A model generated the notes under the pieces. The model saw only the letters and a program-made list of their open reading frames with translations, was not told where the DNA came from and searched no databases. The position numbers were made by a program, and so were the translations under genes. Source: Kudoa neothunni (taxonomy: Eukaryota; Animalia; Cnidaria). From it: DNA of 64,000 nt. Positions 13,067-27,403 of this stretch are shown piece after piece; position 1 is the stretch's first letter, and each line of letters opens with the position of its first letter. The DNA lies in NCBI GenBank assembly GCA_964304625.1, contig OZ199838.1, positions 10,717,637-10,781,636 on the forward strand. Direction: 5' to 3'.

Positions 13067-14100
13067 GGCTAGACTACACAATACGGGGCCTCTTCGGTAA
13101 AAGTCGGAATAAATCGAAATATTCAAATTATACGATAAAATTATTGTTTATTTCTCTAAAAAATGAACTTAGTTCGAAATTTTTATATTTTCTTTCGAGA
13201 ATATAATCAGATATATAATCGTAGAGCGAGTCAAGGTTTTTGTTTGTAACGCTACGGTATTTTCTCTTGAAAGCACCCCAAATAGTTTCAGTTCGGTTAG
13301 TATGGACACCAGTACCCGAAACAAACGAACATTTGTGCGTCACAGTTTCGTGGAGAAATCCAAGTTTATTTACACGTCGATATCCTGCCCGGCTATCTGT
13401 CTACAGAATTGAATTTTCCATCACTGCATTTAAAATAATATTTTCAAGAATATCTCCGTTCCTTTTGTTGGTCAACTCAAAAAAACAATCGCCACTCTTA
13501 TCGATACCACCAACTATCCAATATTGTAAATTTTTCAACAGACGCCCAACGTTGTATTTGCGTTTAGTGACGGCAATCTCATCAGTTTGCACTATAACGT
13601 TTTCATCCCCAATTTACGTATTTTCATAAGTGATTTTTAGGGTGATAATACTCCGCATTAACTCCCTCCAATCATGAATCGTATTATGCGATGAAATTTC
13701 AGTATGGGTTTGAATTTCTTCATATGTCACGTTTTTTAATTGGATGTGCAATACAAACAAAAGAAAAAGTTTCCATAGTAGAAGATTAGAATGTTGAAAA
13801 ATTGAGCCAGTTCTTAGATTTTTTTTCTTCTACAATCTGGACAGCGGAAAAAAATAAGTCATTCAGAGACTTATCAAAAACTTCTCGCATCATACATCCA
13901 CATTCACATTTCTTCTGTAAGAAATAAGGCCGAGATTTTGAAGAGTTCTTATGGTATACATCGTATCATATTTAAAAAACCCATAATCAGTGGCCTTTGT
14001 GGTGTCAATATTTTCTAAATCAAAGTTTTTTAACAGGAAACTCATTTCTCGACGGTTGTCCGACTTTTATTGAAACGGTCCCGTATTGTGTAGTTTAGCC
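13067..14100 (-). mobile_element. Merlin (ISXO2/IS1016-like) DNA transposon with a disrupted transposase
   Basis: TIRs of about 40 bp (GGCTAGACTACACAATACGGGGCC.. / ..GGTCCCGTATTGTGTAGTTTAGCC). Transposase motifs VQTDE..KRKYNVGR..WIVGGID and GVHTNRTETIW, broken by stops. Confidence 0.9.
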
Positions 14101-14659
14101 TAATATAGACTCATTTATTGCTATAGAACATGTAAAAAGTGTTTGGATCAACGTATGATAAATTCGCGAGTATTCCCTCTTTTTGTCATACAGGGGACAC
14201 AACGGATTCTGAATACAATGACTGTATGTTTGAGAATCCCACAACAGATAGTTATAGCTCATTTATTGAAATAAATTAACCCGACGAGAAAATTCACTCA
14301 TTAGCATTAATGGATGAGAATAATGGTTTGAATAAGCAACATGTACTCGTGGATGAACTAATGCAGAGAATATTTTCATACATAAAGTCGGTTACACAAA
14401 TAGAGTATTTAAACTGCGTTGGACTTTTTTCTTTTATTAATAGTAATAATTGTATAATTGATCTTTATAATGGGAGCAATATATTATTCATGAATTAATC
14501 GATTTATTATTATATTGTTGCCAATGCCGGAAGTTGGATGGAAATACATGTTGAAAAATATAACGAACGAATTATTAGACGTGTCTATTTGTTTTCATGG
14601 AGAACAAACAAAAAGGCGGTTTTCAAACCGATTAATTATATAGACAAACGATGTAAAGT

Positions 14660-15927
14660 TTATGTGTGATGCGTAGGAACTTTCTCATATTCTCCGTTCC
14701 TTTGCAAGAAAAAATGGAATAGCATTCCTAAGGCAAAGGTTTGAAACAACAACGAGGAGGCGATAAAGAAGTAGCCAACGCCAAAGCTTGTATTTCTTTC
14801 TCTTAGAACATCAGTAGTTATAAATGTTGTGTAAATTATAGTGTAGAACATGCTAATGACATCTAAAATATTCGTGAGAAATATTTTAAGACCATAAAAA
14901 ACAAATACATGATGATATAGTAAAAAACAGCGTTATGTTGAGACATAACGGCGAAAACAGCCGGCTTATCGGTAACAAAATACATACCAACATCAATGTT
15001 AAGATGATGTAAAAGAACATGATTCGAATACATCTTAGAGAAGCTGAAGAATTTCCCCCTTAAATTATGTTAACACTGACTTACCAACTACATTTGTAAT
15101 CTTACATCCATCAAAATATAGACTGTTGCTGTAAGATGCTATATTATAGAGTCCTCCTTAAGAAAAATAAAATTTATAGCTTTCGTCTTGTGAAAATAAT
15201 GAATTACTGTTTGGTTTGATAACAGTGTAATTAGGATATCCTTTATAAAAGCAATATTAAAAAGTCCATTAAGCTTAACTTATTAAAATTATAAAAATTA
15301 GAAGAAATAACATTTTTATTTTATTTTATTTATTTTCTGAATTATGAATAAAGAATCAACAATTGAAATCAGAAAATGAATTATAACAACGGTTAATGAA
15401 TCTTTTTTTATTACGTTGAAAAAACTACCTTCAATGAGTGCATTATTAACTATAAAAATAATAATTATATTAGTACGTCAAAATTAAAGATATTACATTG
15501 ATTGTAAAAAACTTCCAACTTGTTGTAAAAGTTTGACGTCTCTAAGTAATAAAAAGAGCTATCAGAAGATTACAATTTGTTCAGCTACCAAACGAAGAAG
15601 GAAGCGATAATGATGCTAAATCGATATAATATATAACTGGCTGAAATTCAAAACAAAGCATACATTCGTTAAGATAAATAATCTCATTTGTACATTGGAT
15701 AGTGTCGTTATTTTGAAGACAAGTCGAGAAATGTCCAAAATGGTAGTGACCATCAAAAGTTCTTCTGATCAACAAATCATTTGAAAATCCTCCAATAGTA
15801 ATGCAGATAAGAGCAATCAAATTGAACACAACGAAAAATGAAATAAGTAAAATTCCCTTTCCAGTAGTCTGAAAGAATTTATAAATATAGTCCTCGAACA
15901 AGATACATATTTCGTTTTTTGGGGCAT
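14660..15927 (-). CDS. Claudin/PMP22/EMP-like four-TM protein (multi-exon)
   Basis: MPQKTKY|TTGKG then TM1 and a GLW-C-C-like motif (HFGHFSTC..C). TM2/TM3 read IRIMFFYIILTLMLVCILL and LNITLFFTISS-VISMFYTIIY. TM4 follows SFGVGYFF and there is a short tail. The internal exon structure is partly unresolved. Confidence 0.65.
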
Positions 15928-17079
15928 TTTCAATAGTTCAATTTTAACGAGCAGTAGCTTGACAGACACTATTAAACCCCTTTTAAATATGTTAAGTTAT
16001 GCAGAACGATCTTATCATAAATTTTGTATTGTAAATAAAGAATAAGATTGATAAAGAAATTAATTTATTTGCATTCTTTATATCATTAAGTCAACTAGTT
16101 CTGTGTTGAACGAATATGACTAACTTGAGAATGGAATCCATCTAAATTTTTGTATATTTGAAAAATCTTGAATAATTAAATTAAGTAAAAGTGATATTTT
16201 TAATTATATTTCGGTTTTTAAAACAAAATTATGAGCATACTTTTACGTACTTATTAAACAAATAAAGGATCAGTGTTTTATAGGTACATTGATTATGCTC
16301 ATAATTATTCAAATCTCGCAATACCCAAAAAAAGATAAATATTTTTGGATCGAAGGATTATCCTTATAATGTGAAATTCAGCGTATGCTGAGGGCCAAAA
16401 ATAAGAAAACCTTTGAACAGCTTTAATCATACGCTTTTATACAATGATATCGGATAAATATACGTCCCGTCAATAATATTAAATGCGACTGGAAATATTT
16501 TTTCAATTTATCCTCATTTAACATTGTTATCAGTAATTTTATGATAAATTTTTTTCGCTTGACTTGTTTATCTCTCACTCAGATTTGTACAATTTATAGA
16601 AAAAACAAAATATTCTAATGGGGTTTAAAATTCTACAAAAGGTTTAATCGCGTCCTTAGTTATGGGGAGATTAAATATGAATAATCCAATTTAATACAAT
16701 GAAGAAAAAGTTTTTTTATTTATATGGCAATATCTATAACTGCAACTTATTAGTTTGTAGATATCAAAAGTGGGGCTGGTTCTATCATAGATATAGGCAC
16801 ACCAGCAATTCACCTATAACCTTTGGACCTATCTTTCTGCGTTAGTGTCGGAATTTAAACCTTTCATGCCTAAATTGTTTGTTTCTAATCTGAAGATAAT
16901 ACATTACTTAAAAATTGTTGGTAATAATGAGTCAAAAATTTAAAAAGCTCAAAATTTTTATTAGGCATTATCATCAAATTACAGGAATACTTAGAAATTA
17001 AGTCAAAATCCTATTTGTCTTTGTTATAAATGGGTGAAAATTACCGCTTTCTTTAAAATGCAATTAAAATTGATTTTAT

Positions 17080-17640
17080 ATTTGATTTGTAAACAATGGT
17101 TTATTACAATCAATACTCTTATATCCATCAATTTTTTTTGCATATGCGCCAGTTTCGATGTTAACTTCTTATTTTCAAAACTATTTTATATCTAAAAATA
17201 TTTAAGCCAAAGCTTTTAAAAAGGGGCAAAAAATGTTTAGTTTTAATATATATTTTTTCCTGAAATAGATCTATTATTATAAATAATGGAAGTCATACTT
17301 TATTAGACAATACACAATAATAATCCCTACATTAATTTACCAACTTTTCAAATATTTGAATGAACATATTTAAACCATGACAGATTATATATAAAAAAAA
17401 CCTTTTATAGTATATACTACGATTATGCATGAAAATAAATTACGTTATTTATATGGGTGCCATTCCAAATTTTTTAATTCGTATGCGAATGTTTAATTCA
17501 CTAACATTATTTTTTAATTTGTTCCTCAATCAATAAGAATTACCATAACATTTCAAAACTATTTTGAAAAAAATATTCAAAAGAGAGCCTAATGGAGATG
17601 TAATTTCTTCCCTAGTTAATTAAAAATTTAAATGAACTTT
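17080..17640. repeat. Diverged AT-rich duplicated segment, partner at 27730-28590
   Basis: Colinear shared motifs TAAACAATGG, TATCTAAAAAT, CCTGAAAT.GAT, CAACTTTTCAAATAT, AAATTACGTT, ATTCACTAA, ATGGAGA and AAAATTTAAATGA. Confidence 0.6.
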
Positions 17641-17834
17641 GAGAATGAAAGAATCAATTCATTGAACATCCTCGTCTCGCATGATCGCCCATTTAAACCT
17701 TATCCTCTTATTTTTTGAATCATTTCGACTCTGCTGAGGCCTGGAAATTTTGTTTATCTAATACTCCTGTTACACTACGCTTCAAACTCTTAATCTGATC
17801 CTCCCCACTGGACTGAACTATAACAGCAGTTGTT

Positions 17835-19282
17835 ATAAAAGATCTACAGAATAATCAGAATTAACAAATAAAATTTGGAAAACATGATAAGATTAAGATT
17901 GATAATGTAGCCAAAAGAGTGTACCATAGAAAATTACAGATCAAAAAGTGGGAAAATAATAACTAACGTAAATTGAAACGACTAGGCATAGGTTGATTTC
18001 TGTTGAAAATTTTGATTGAGGTGACAACTTTAACAGCCTGAACTTGATAGGCGATTCTAAAGGCACCTCTGATAGCCTGGATACATGTCCATCCCTTTTT
18101 AACAATTGAAGAACAATTCATACCATTCCAATAGTTCAGAAATTACTAGATATGTCCGCAAAAGATTGTGATTGATTCGGGGGAATAGCATAGACGCAAA
18201 AACATACGAAAAAAATGGCATTGCCAAGCCAGTCACAACAAAGCCCACGACGTTTCGTTTCTGTCTTGGGTACACATCAAGACTAGAGATATCAACTTGC
18301 AGAGAGGGTTGGGAATTGGGATCGGTGTTGTTACTAAATTCAAGCATAACAGGGTTGGAATTATTTCTAGTGATGGGGAAGGTATTTATAGGTGCAATGT
18401 GTTCATTATTGCTTTCAGTGTTAAACATTGTATCTTGGTTGAAAATCTCGTTCATCATTAACAAGTTGTGACATTGTATCTTTCTATTCTTCAACATTCG
18501 GTGGATCTAAATTGTAAATTTATATCCAACCAATCGATCGTCGCTCTCATTAAGATTTAACTAAAAAATAAAATACAATTTTTGTGCCAAAAAAATGCTC
18601 CCAATTATACGATTCGAAGTAGATCAATGAAATTGGTATTAGAACCAGGTGACACTCGGCCAAAGTGTAGCTGCCATCATAGAAAACACCATCAAAAATT
18701 TCTAAGAATTCTTCTCTACCATGAATAAATCTAAGTAATGCATCACTATAGCTATAAGCTAAGGCGGCGACTGATAAAAGTGCTCCAACTGAGACCAAAC
18801 TGGGAACCAATCGACTAAGCAGTCTGTCACAGCAAGTTTGAATTCTGTATAAAAACGAGGGCCCATCCACTGTGATCAAATACGGTGCATCACACCAGCT
18901 GCATTTTATCTCCCACGAGGAATCGTAATATTTGTTGTTGATGATAAATGTGAGTAGACACTTGTGATGGGCATACTTACGGATGCCATCGCAATTGCAA
19001 GCTGCAACCCAGTGGTTCTCGAATTCAACTTGGTCAGTTATTTCGGTTGTATCGCGACACAACCAACAAAATAACGTTTCTTTGGAGTCGATCCTAGAAG
19101 CAAAATTAAAAATCAGTTCTAAGAAATTGTTGAACAATATTTAAGATTGACAACTTCGTTGATGAATTTGTAACAGTATCAGGCATAGAGTGAATAGATG
19201 AACCGTTGGAAGGGGTTGGCGTGTAGATGCTTTGTGGGGGAGTCAGAACCTCATTTAAAGATAACTGATTATCACTATTCAT
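17835..19282 (-). CDS. MARCHF5: Mitochondrial RING-CH E3 ubiquitin ligase MARCH5 (multi-exon; stop uncertain)
   Basis: C4HC3 RING-CH CWLC..WVAACNCDGIRKYAHHKCL..CSWCDAPYLI, followed by DRLLSRLVP, TM1-2, NWEH, TM3 GLAMPFFSY, LLRTYL-GWTCIQAIRGAFRIAY. Colinear with MARCH5. Confidence 0.9.
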
Positions 19283-19522
19283 TCTAAATTCCAAAGGGTC
19301 CGAAATCCGAATGGTTTCAGTAATTCAACTTACACACTTTTCACTAGGAAAAACTCTTAAACTCAGCTTATTTCAAGTAGATTTTATGTCAAAGTATTTT
19401 ATTAATCAATCAAAATTCGAACAGACGACAGAAATTAATTTTCAGTGAGTTGACTCCAAAATAAGATTAATTATATACGCATGCCCCAAGATTGGATCAG
19501 TCAAGTTTTCTGGTAAAAACAC

Positions 19523-22500
19523 ATGAATAAAATCAAAATTTACGAGAATGAATTTTTTGTGGTGATTCAAAAAGGGAATATCTATATTGGTTTGTCGAAA
19601 TTCGACGCATCTGTTCATCATCTAAAAAGTATGTTATTATCACTGATATTGAGGGATCCATTAGATTGTTACTTGAGTAACTATTATAAATTTAAGTAGT
19701 TATGACTTCTTTTTTTGTGTCAATGTTATAATCTCTTTTAACTAATAGGTAACACAAGTGAAACCGAAAATCAAGGAAGTCACATTATAGAATGTGATAT
19801 TGTTCTAGGGAAGATTTCGTTCGAGCCATGTATAGCTGAATAATTTATAAATGTAAATTTTAATATTTTTTAATTAGCTTTACCACCGAGACTTGTTTAT
19901 GTGACCGTCAGCACTGGGGTTGGGGAATATCTTGATGAGGGCTCAATTTACCGAATCGAAGCCATAGACACTATAAGAATACAAATTGGTACATGTATAA
20001 AAGTTCCACCGGCCCAACCTATATCTTCAAAAATAACGGATAAAATAACAGACAAATTAACGGTAGTAAATCTGCTGATCCGTTGATAGTTAATTAAATC
20101 GGATTTCGAATGTGTTAATATATTATAACAGCCACTTTTGTGTTAATAGATAAACTTTTCTAGTAGAAATAATTAATAATTTACTATTATACATAGAATA
20201 TAACTGCAAATTGGGATTTGAATAGTGATAATGACAACGTAAAAGAAAAAATAGAGAAAAAAATGCTGTCTGTATGTATTTTTGTTATTATTATTCTCAA
20301 TATTTTTATTTTAATCGTATTTTAATTGTTTGATTAATATTTTTTTAATATTTAATATCTGCTGTATATATTTTAGAAAATAAATATATTATTTGATGAA
20401 AAATAGGAATTGCAATGGATGTTTAACAGATCGAATACCTTCTACTACAGTGAGACCTGTGACCTCAGTAATACTACTCAACGGAAAGAAAAAGAGAAAA
20501 ACGATTCATCCACTAAAAATTCCCCTCTCTTCAAAAAAGTGATTACTTGTGTATAAGTAGCGTTGTTTAAACGTCGATGGATAGTTTGACAAAAGATTTT
20601 TCTGGAATTTGTACATGCTTAATGATTTCATAGAAGCATCGGTAATTTTCATTTTACCATTATGAAAAAGAAGTTACTGATTCCACTTAGAAAATTTTCC
20701 AGCCTATTGAGTGCATAATTGTGCCAATATTCCGTGGATTTGTTCAAATGAAAACATTTGACGTTTCACAAATATCACTGAGTTTTGATTCGTACTCTAC
20801 TACCAGCTCAAAAAATCGTGCCAACCAACAACCACGTCTTATAACAATCATTCTAATTTCCAAGCAGTCGTTTCTACGATCCGGTAAACTATCTGGATGA
20901 CAGTTAAACGGGTTGATTGGAACTGACGGTTGTTAGGAACCAGATTCAAATGTCGAGGTATCGATACCAAAGGTCAAGTGGCTAATTTTGTGGAAACCGA
21001 ACAAATTATACTCTACCAAAATTCCGTTCTTTCTTTTGTGATTTTGCGAGGTTCTATCCCATTATTCTGGCAACAACCCACGACATGGAAATATAAACCG
21101 CCATTTGTGTTATTTAACGGTAATTGTTATCTATCACAGCTTACAAATAAATTGTTGCCGATTTAGATCAATTCATCAATCAAAAAGCCTTTGATAGTCA
21201 TATGAACCAACTAGTCAAATCATACAACAAGCTGTGTATTGTAAACCTGGTAGAAAATCGAGGCAGGGAAAAGGTAGATTTGATTAAAACATATAAACCA
21301 GGGGTTCTCAACCGGCGGTAAATTAAGTAACATGAAAAGTGGATAGGGGAAATTTTTGTATAATGGGGTTTGTGACATACTTAAGGATTTCTAATGAATT
21401 TTATTGTTCACGATTATAAAACTCAATAAGAAGCTGGCTGAAATACTTGAAATGTTTTTAAGAATAAGTATTTAGCCCTCGAATACCTGGAGGTGGCCAA
21501 TCAGCGCTAATTATATCAAATACTTTTACAAAATATTTTATTTCCTTTTTCTCTGTGTATTTTATAGTATAATGATACTTTTAAAAATACTCTAGTAATG
21601 AAGTTTTGCGTCTAATTTTTTTTCTTAAAATCAATAAAAGAAAAAAAGCTACACACATATCTGAACATGACCACCATATAAATAATAACGTTTAGATAGT
21701 CGAAATGCATAAAAAAAGCTTTTCTACAGTAAAATAAACATTATAAATGTATTTTGAAGCAAGGAATTTTAAAAAATTCATTAAATTGTTTCTATAACAA
21801 CTTGATTGTGTTATCTAATTTAATCTGGCATGAGAATCGTACGTATTATAATAATTTCGTTAAATTATATATCAACAAAAAGTAGTGAGTTAAATAGAGT
21901 TGTTTAAAGTTCAATTTAGACCATCTTATCATAACCTAAAAATCCTTAGATTATATACATCTAACATATTTCTTTCTACAGGGAAAGAGATTTCATAATA
22001 AAATCGTGGATTTTGAGAATAAAACGTAACGTAAGTTGTTAAAATAATAATAATAACACTTAAAATGACTATTTTCACGGTAAATAATATTCAGATGTCA
22101 CTAGTGTTGACTATTTTTAATTAACTCTGACCTCTAAGAACGAAGAAATGGTCTAGACATAATTTAAATTTGGGGAAATCTAAAAAATTAAATCTGTAGA
22201 CAACTCGCGAGTAAAAGTTTACGGCATTCAAAATTATCATTGCACAAGCGTACATGCCTTTTAGGATTAGAATTTACTCTGAAAATAGCTCCTGCCATAG
22301 ATAAACCAATATAAAACCTTAAAGTAAATATGAATTCGACTTCGAAGTTGAGGGGGTAAATCTGAAAAAACGGCGGAGAATCCCTAATATAAACGATTCC
22401 AATTTAATATTGTGCCATATGTAGCTGTTGAGAGACAGTTATTTTGAATATTGTTTCAATTTTAAGGACGCAGCGTTCGAAATTTATGATTTTGATTTCC

Positions 22501-25161
22501 ATGAACATTGGTAATTATTTTGACTGATTTGCGTTACAGTTTGTTAATTATAATTGAATTAATTTGGTGGTGTGTAGTAAGAAAAATCGTTTTCATCGAG
22601 TCAGTATCCTTGTCAATTGTGTTATGGAAAAAATTGATGAGATGAAATACTTTTGGTAGCTAATTCTAACGTTTAAAACTCCTTTTATGTTATTGTAGGA
22701 AAACACAAGACAATTACATGCTTCAAAATCAGGAAGGAATTTTTAGAGTGAATTGCGTGGATTGTTTGGATCGTACAAATGTGGTTCAAGCGGCCATCTC
22801 GAAGGTTGTGATGGTTGTCCAACTCCAAAAAATCGGTCTTATTGTAGACGAAAATGACCTTAACAATGATTTCAATGTGCATTTCAACAATATTTGGGCA
22901 TCTAATGGAGACAACATAAGTCGATCTTATGCCGGAACTGATGCTCTTAAAGTGGTTTTATATTTTAAGTCAATTAAGATATAATGTTGTGGATGATTTT
23001 TAGAGTGATTACACCAGAACTGGTGAAAGGAATATAGGAGGAATGATGCTGGATGGATACAAATCTCTAAATAGGTCTTTACATTTTGGCTTCATCACCA
23101 CCACTTATTATAACTTAATATAACTGTGATAAATTTTAGATATTACTCTAATTTGTTTCGTGATGCTGCTAGGCAAGTTGTTCATGGTACTTATTTGTTT
23201 CTTCTCTTATTGTCACATGTTGATACCCGAATAAATTCACTTATGAATCTAATTGTAGATATTATGCACGGAAAGACGCAATCGGCATCAAAGTGTCTCT
23301 CCCAATGGAAAGTATCACTTGAATCCACACTTCAAAAGGAAGTGGATGCTTCCAAAGCTATTGATTTTGATATCACCAACTTTGTTGGTGATAATTCCAT
23401 CGACCTTATGGACAACTACAGCCTCTATAATCGGCTAAAAAGTAGTGTTATCAATTTCACTCTGAACAATCCTGATGATTTTATTAAACTATGGACTATT
23501 CAACCATATTGTGCGTGGTCTACAAATTCATTATTTGCTAAAAATAATCGCCGTTTGTAATATTTTTAAACTAATTTGACAAATTTTGATGATTCTTTTA
23601 AGATTGAGCGAAGAAAAGACTCTATTTGTGTTGTGCAGCTCTTTTATCAAAATTTTAACGTAAATCATATCTCACGCTTACTACTGAACGTTAATAGATT
23701 TGTCAACAACAACGAGCTTATTCGACATTGTGATATGGCCTTAACAAATCTAATAAAGTTGAAAATTTTTGATAAATCTCAAATGTTCTCAAGTTAAAAT
23801 CTATTAATGTAATAATTTGACTAAAAATTTCTTACAGGCGATCAATATGAAAACAACGAAACACTCACCGAATGCATCAATTTAATTTACGCCGATGAAT
23901 ATCAAAACCGCGGTTGTATACAGTTTCAATTAATTAAGGATGATATTGACGATGGTACTATTTGTGAGAGTTTATGGCGAGTTATTTGTTAATTTTTCTC
24001 TTTCCAGTACTACTTGCTGACAATTTCTGTAAAATTATCACCTCTTACACAAATGAAGGGGGAAACTACTCTTTTTTTATTGAACCAACTCAAACTAACC
24101 CAATGTAGAGATGTTTTTATTTATTTTTCTAAAACTTTTTTTTTAGTGATCAGTTGGAAAACTTCTTTACTATTGAACCATCTCCATCGTCAAATGTTTG
24201 TTACTTGTACTATTATTGATTTCACGCACTCTTATAGAGCAGTTACATTGACTTTTTTGATTCCGTCTATTATAAAATTCCGTATGAAGGCTATCTGAAA
24301 ATTCCTCAGAACGATTATTTAGTAGTTTTTATAGGTTGGAGATTATTAATTAATGCAACTTTAGGATTTTTCATTGATATGTCTGTCAGATTCGAATCTA
24401 GCACCTGTTGGGTCGGATGCCGACGTTAATTTGATGAACTGTAGTAGTATGCCGCACACGGATAACATTTCTGTATCTTTTTTTATTATTTAAAAAATGA
24501 ACTGTTGTTTTGTAGATGGAATCCCGAATGCTATCAAATTCTTCATCCCATCTGCCTACATGTATGTTGGTTCTGGCTATATACCTTGCTGAAATTTGTT
24601 ATGTAGGTTATAATAAAAATGAATTTGATTGGCAACACAAATCCATGGGTGCCATCTCATCAAGTAATATTGCAATATATTTCCAGTCCAATTATCAACT
24701 ATTAACAGACCAATGCTACTCTTTAACAGACCACAATAAAAGCAGTTATCAGGAGAATCTACCCAATAACAAATATTTCGATGATAGCTCATTATCTTCA
24801 AATTCTGAGGTATTATTTGAATATCATTTCCTAGCTAATTGTTCCATAGAATATGGTAGATGACGACAAGTACGACTTCGCTGGAATAAATATTAATATT
24901 GGTATAACTAACCTCGAAGATGACACTCAACGAAAATCGAAAATTATCAAGAGTACTAGTCTAAGTACCCTGAAAAATAAGCTCGAAAACGTCGGAAATA
25001 AAACAAAAGCCCATTTCCAACAATTTGGAAATTGGATCAAAAAAAATGCACAGTCCAGTGTAGATAATCAGTCGATGATTTCATTGGACAGTTCCTACAA
25101 CAAAGAACCGACTAAGTTAGTCAATCCATATGGAAATATTAAACTAAACATAATCCAATAA
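19523..25161 (+). CDS. INPP5F: Sac-domain phosphoinositide phosphatase SAC2/INPP5F (multi-exon)
   Basis: Sac motifs [42 protein letters not shown], catalytic [40 protein letters not shown]. The N-terminus, long C-terminal extension and terminal ..IIQ* resemble SAC2 rather than SAC1 (no C-terminal TMs). Confidence 0.88.
21299..22386. mobile_element. Non-autonomous Buster-type hAT element in an INPP5F intron
   Basis: Termini CAGGGGTTCTCAACC / GGCGGAGAATCCCTA with a perfect 8-bp TSD ATATAAAC (21291-21298 and 22387-22394). Confidence 0.88.
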
Positions 25162-26086
25162 TTTTTCTATTATTCCGCTGATACAGTTTGTTTCTATCAA
25201 TGAGAGTAATAAAGTCAGCAATTTAAATTTTAATTGTATTATTAATAAATAGTTTAATTATCACCATTATTAGGCTTTAAAGGCTTATCAACTATCAATG
25301 GGTATAATTATTTGAAATTTTGTTAGTTGATAACGTTCTAATTCCTATTTAATAAAGAAATTGGTCATTGGCACTGTAAATAATATTCAGGTGTAACTAG
25401 TTTTGACCATATTTAATTATTCCTAATCCTAAGAGTGAAGTGGCGACCAAAAATAATTAAATATTGCAGATTCTAAAAAATTCAATTAGTAAACAACTTG
25501 TGAATAAGAGTTGCTGTGATTAAAAGTTTATAATGAGCAACTCTACATGCAGTTTAGGATTAAAATTTAACGTTTTAAAAGCCTCTGCCTTTAATAGATT
25601 GACAAAGAAGCTAAAGTTTATTAAAATTCCCCCAATTTTCAATAAGATAGAAATAATATATTTTATGTAAGTTATTACCTATGTTTTGTAATTTTATACT
25701 ACTTTTCCAATAATTTCTTATGGAGCCGATAAAGAATTCCTCATAGATATTAGATTTAACTCTATCCAATTTTGGAAAAATGTCATATATTTTATTTGAA
25801 ATTGTTCAGTATAACAAAAAATATTGACGCAAGCTATTAAGATGATTTATAACTATTCTTATAATAATTAACAAAATAATATATGAGCGGAGTTACAAAC
25901 AATGTTGGCTAGAGGAAAAACTCCTACAACAAATTTCATTGGTTTCAAATTATTTACTTATAAATAAAAAATCCCCAATTTTTAGCTATGAATATGTAAA
26001 AAAATTATAACAAAACATACAAATTTATTTTTTTAATAATTTTTGTAAGAAATAAATCATAATTCCTATATTTTTAATTTTTAAAA

Positions 26087-27403
26087 CAGTCAAACCTCGA
26101 TTATCTGGAAACAGCGTTCTCCGACAGGTATTTTAAATTTTATTTGGACTTATTGAAATTACGTGTCAGTATATGTTCGATTATCCGAAATCACTATTTA
26201 AACTTAATTCCAGATAAAAATACCACCCATCACCGTACGACATGTACAACGTAACATATATACCAATGCAATATTCGAAATAAAAATATTTCCAGATTGG
26301 TTATTTATAAATTTTGCTTTAGAACTTAAGTTAAACATTCAATTCGTGTATTACTTTGTATTATATCTAAACATATGCCTATACGTATTTTAAACAAACA
26401 TTAATCACCGATTGTCTAAAAAGGTAGACTCTGCAGTAGGTGATGGGTGGGTGGTTCGTAATTTCTAAGATTGCGCGCGTGATATTATGAAGAAAAAATG
26501 CTATAAATCAGCTATAATGATAAATTATTTTGAAGGAAATTACTCAGTTATAGTGATATTTTTAAGTTTTCTGACAATTGTAGCGCGAGATTCTCGTTCA
26601 GTACCCGGAATATGTTTATAACTATTTAAACAATATTATTTCATGTCTTGAAACAGAAAAATGAGAGAAGCAATTTAGAAATGAATAATTTTTCGTTCTC
26701 CTTTGTCAAATCTACGAAATTTGTCGTCTTCGTTACAGTTGCCATCACCGACAAAATCACTTATTTTAGCGTCATTTTCAACATTGTTTCCGCTTCACGC
26801 CTTGACTGGTTTTGGAAAAACTTTATTATTTCATATTTCTCTTTTAAAATCCTAACTCAATTTTTATTTTTGTTTCCCATTTCGCCCCCTATCGAAAACA
26901 AAAATCTCAGCGCACCTGATAAGTTACGAATCACACGTCACTACTAAATAATCCATACAAATATAATTATATTCAAAATATTTAATGTATATTCTTAGCG
27001 TTATAATTATTGTTTTTAATTCTTTTAAGAAATAAATAACTTATTATAACCTTAGATGTACGTGAATTTTGTAACATATTCTCAAATTACGAACTACAGT
27101 CATCCGCTGTACTCGGCTGTAGACGTCTTTTTCTCAGATAATTGCGTCCTATTTTTTTCTTTTGTCTTCATTTTCTTAGTTAATAGATGTGCAAATATTT
27201 TTAACTTAATTTTCGAAAGTTCAACTATTTTACTTAATAAATAGTAAAAATTGTTTATAAGTCAAGTAAACAATCCTTAAAGTAGAAATTTCAAAAAATT
27301 CGCGCGTAAATGCAATTATTTATGTTCGATTAACCAACCAGAACCTCGCTATCCGAAAAGAAAATAGCTGGTCCAAAATTTTGAAGTAATCAAGGTTTGA
27401 CTG
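26087..27403. mobile_element. pogo/Tigger-like MITE containing a nested MITE
   Basis: TIRs CAGTCAAACCTCGATTA / TAATCAAGGTTTGACTG followed by TA. No coding remnant seen. Confidence 0.8.
26433..27109. mobile_element. Tc1/mariner-like MITE nested in the previous element
   Basis: Imperfect TIRs CAGTAGGTGA..GTGGTTCGTAAT / ATTACGAACTAC..TCATCCGCTG-TA. The right half matches 96-458. Confidence 0.65.

Noticed and set aside
14101-14560. Possible Mutator-like transposase relic beside the Merlin element
   Set aside because: Only a few short, frameshifted motif-like fragments (STYDK, ESHNR). Not enough to call.
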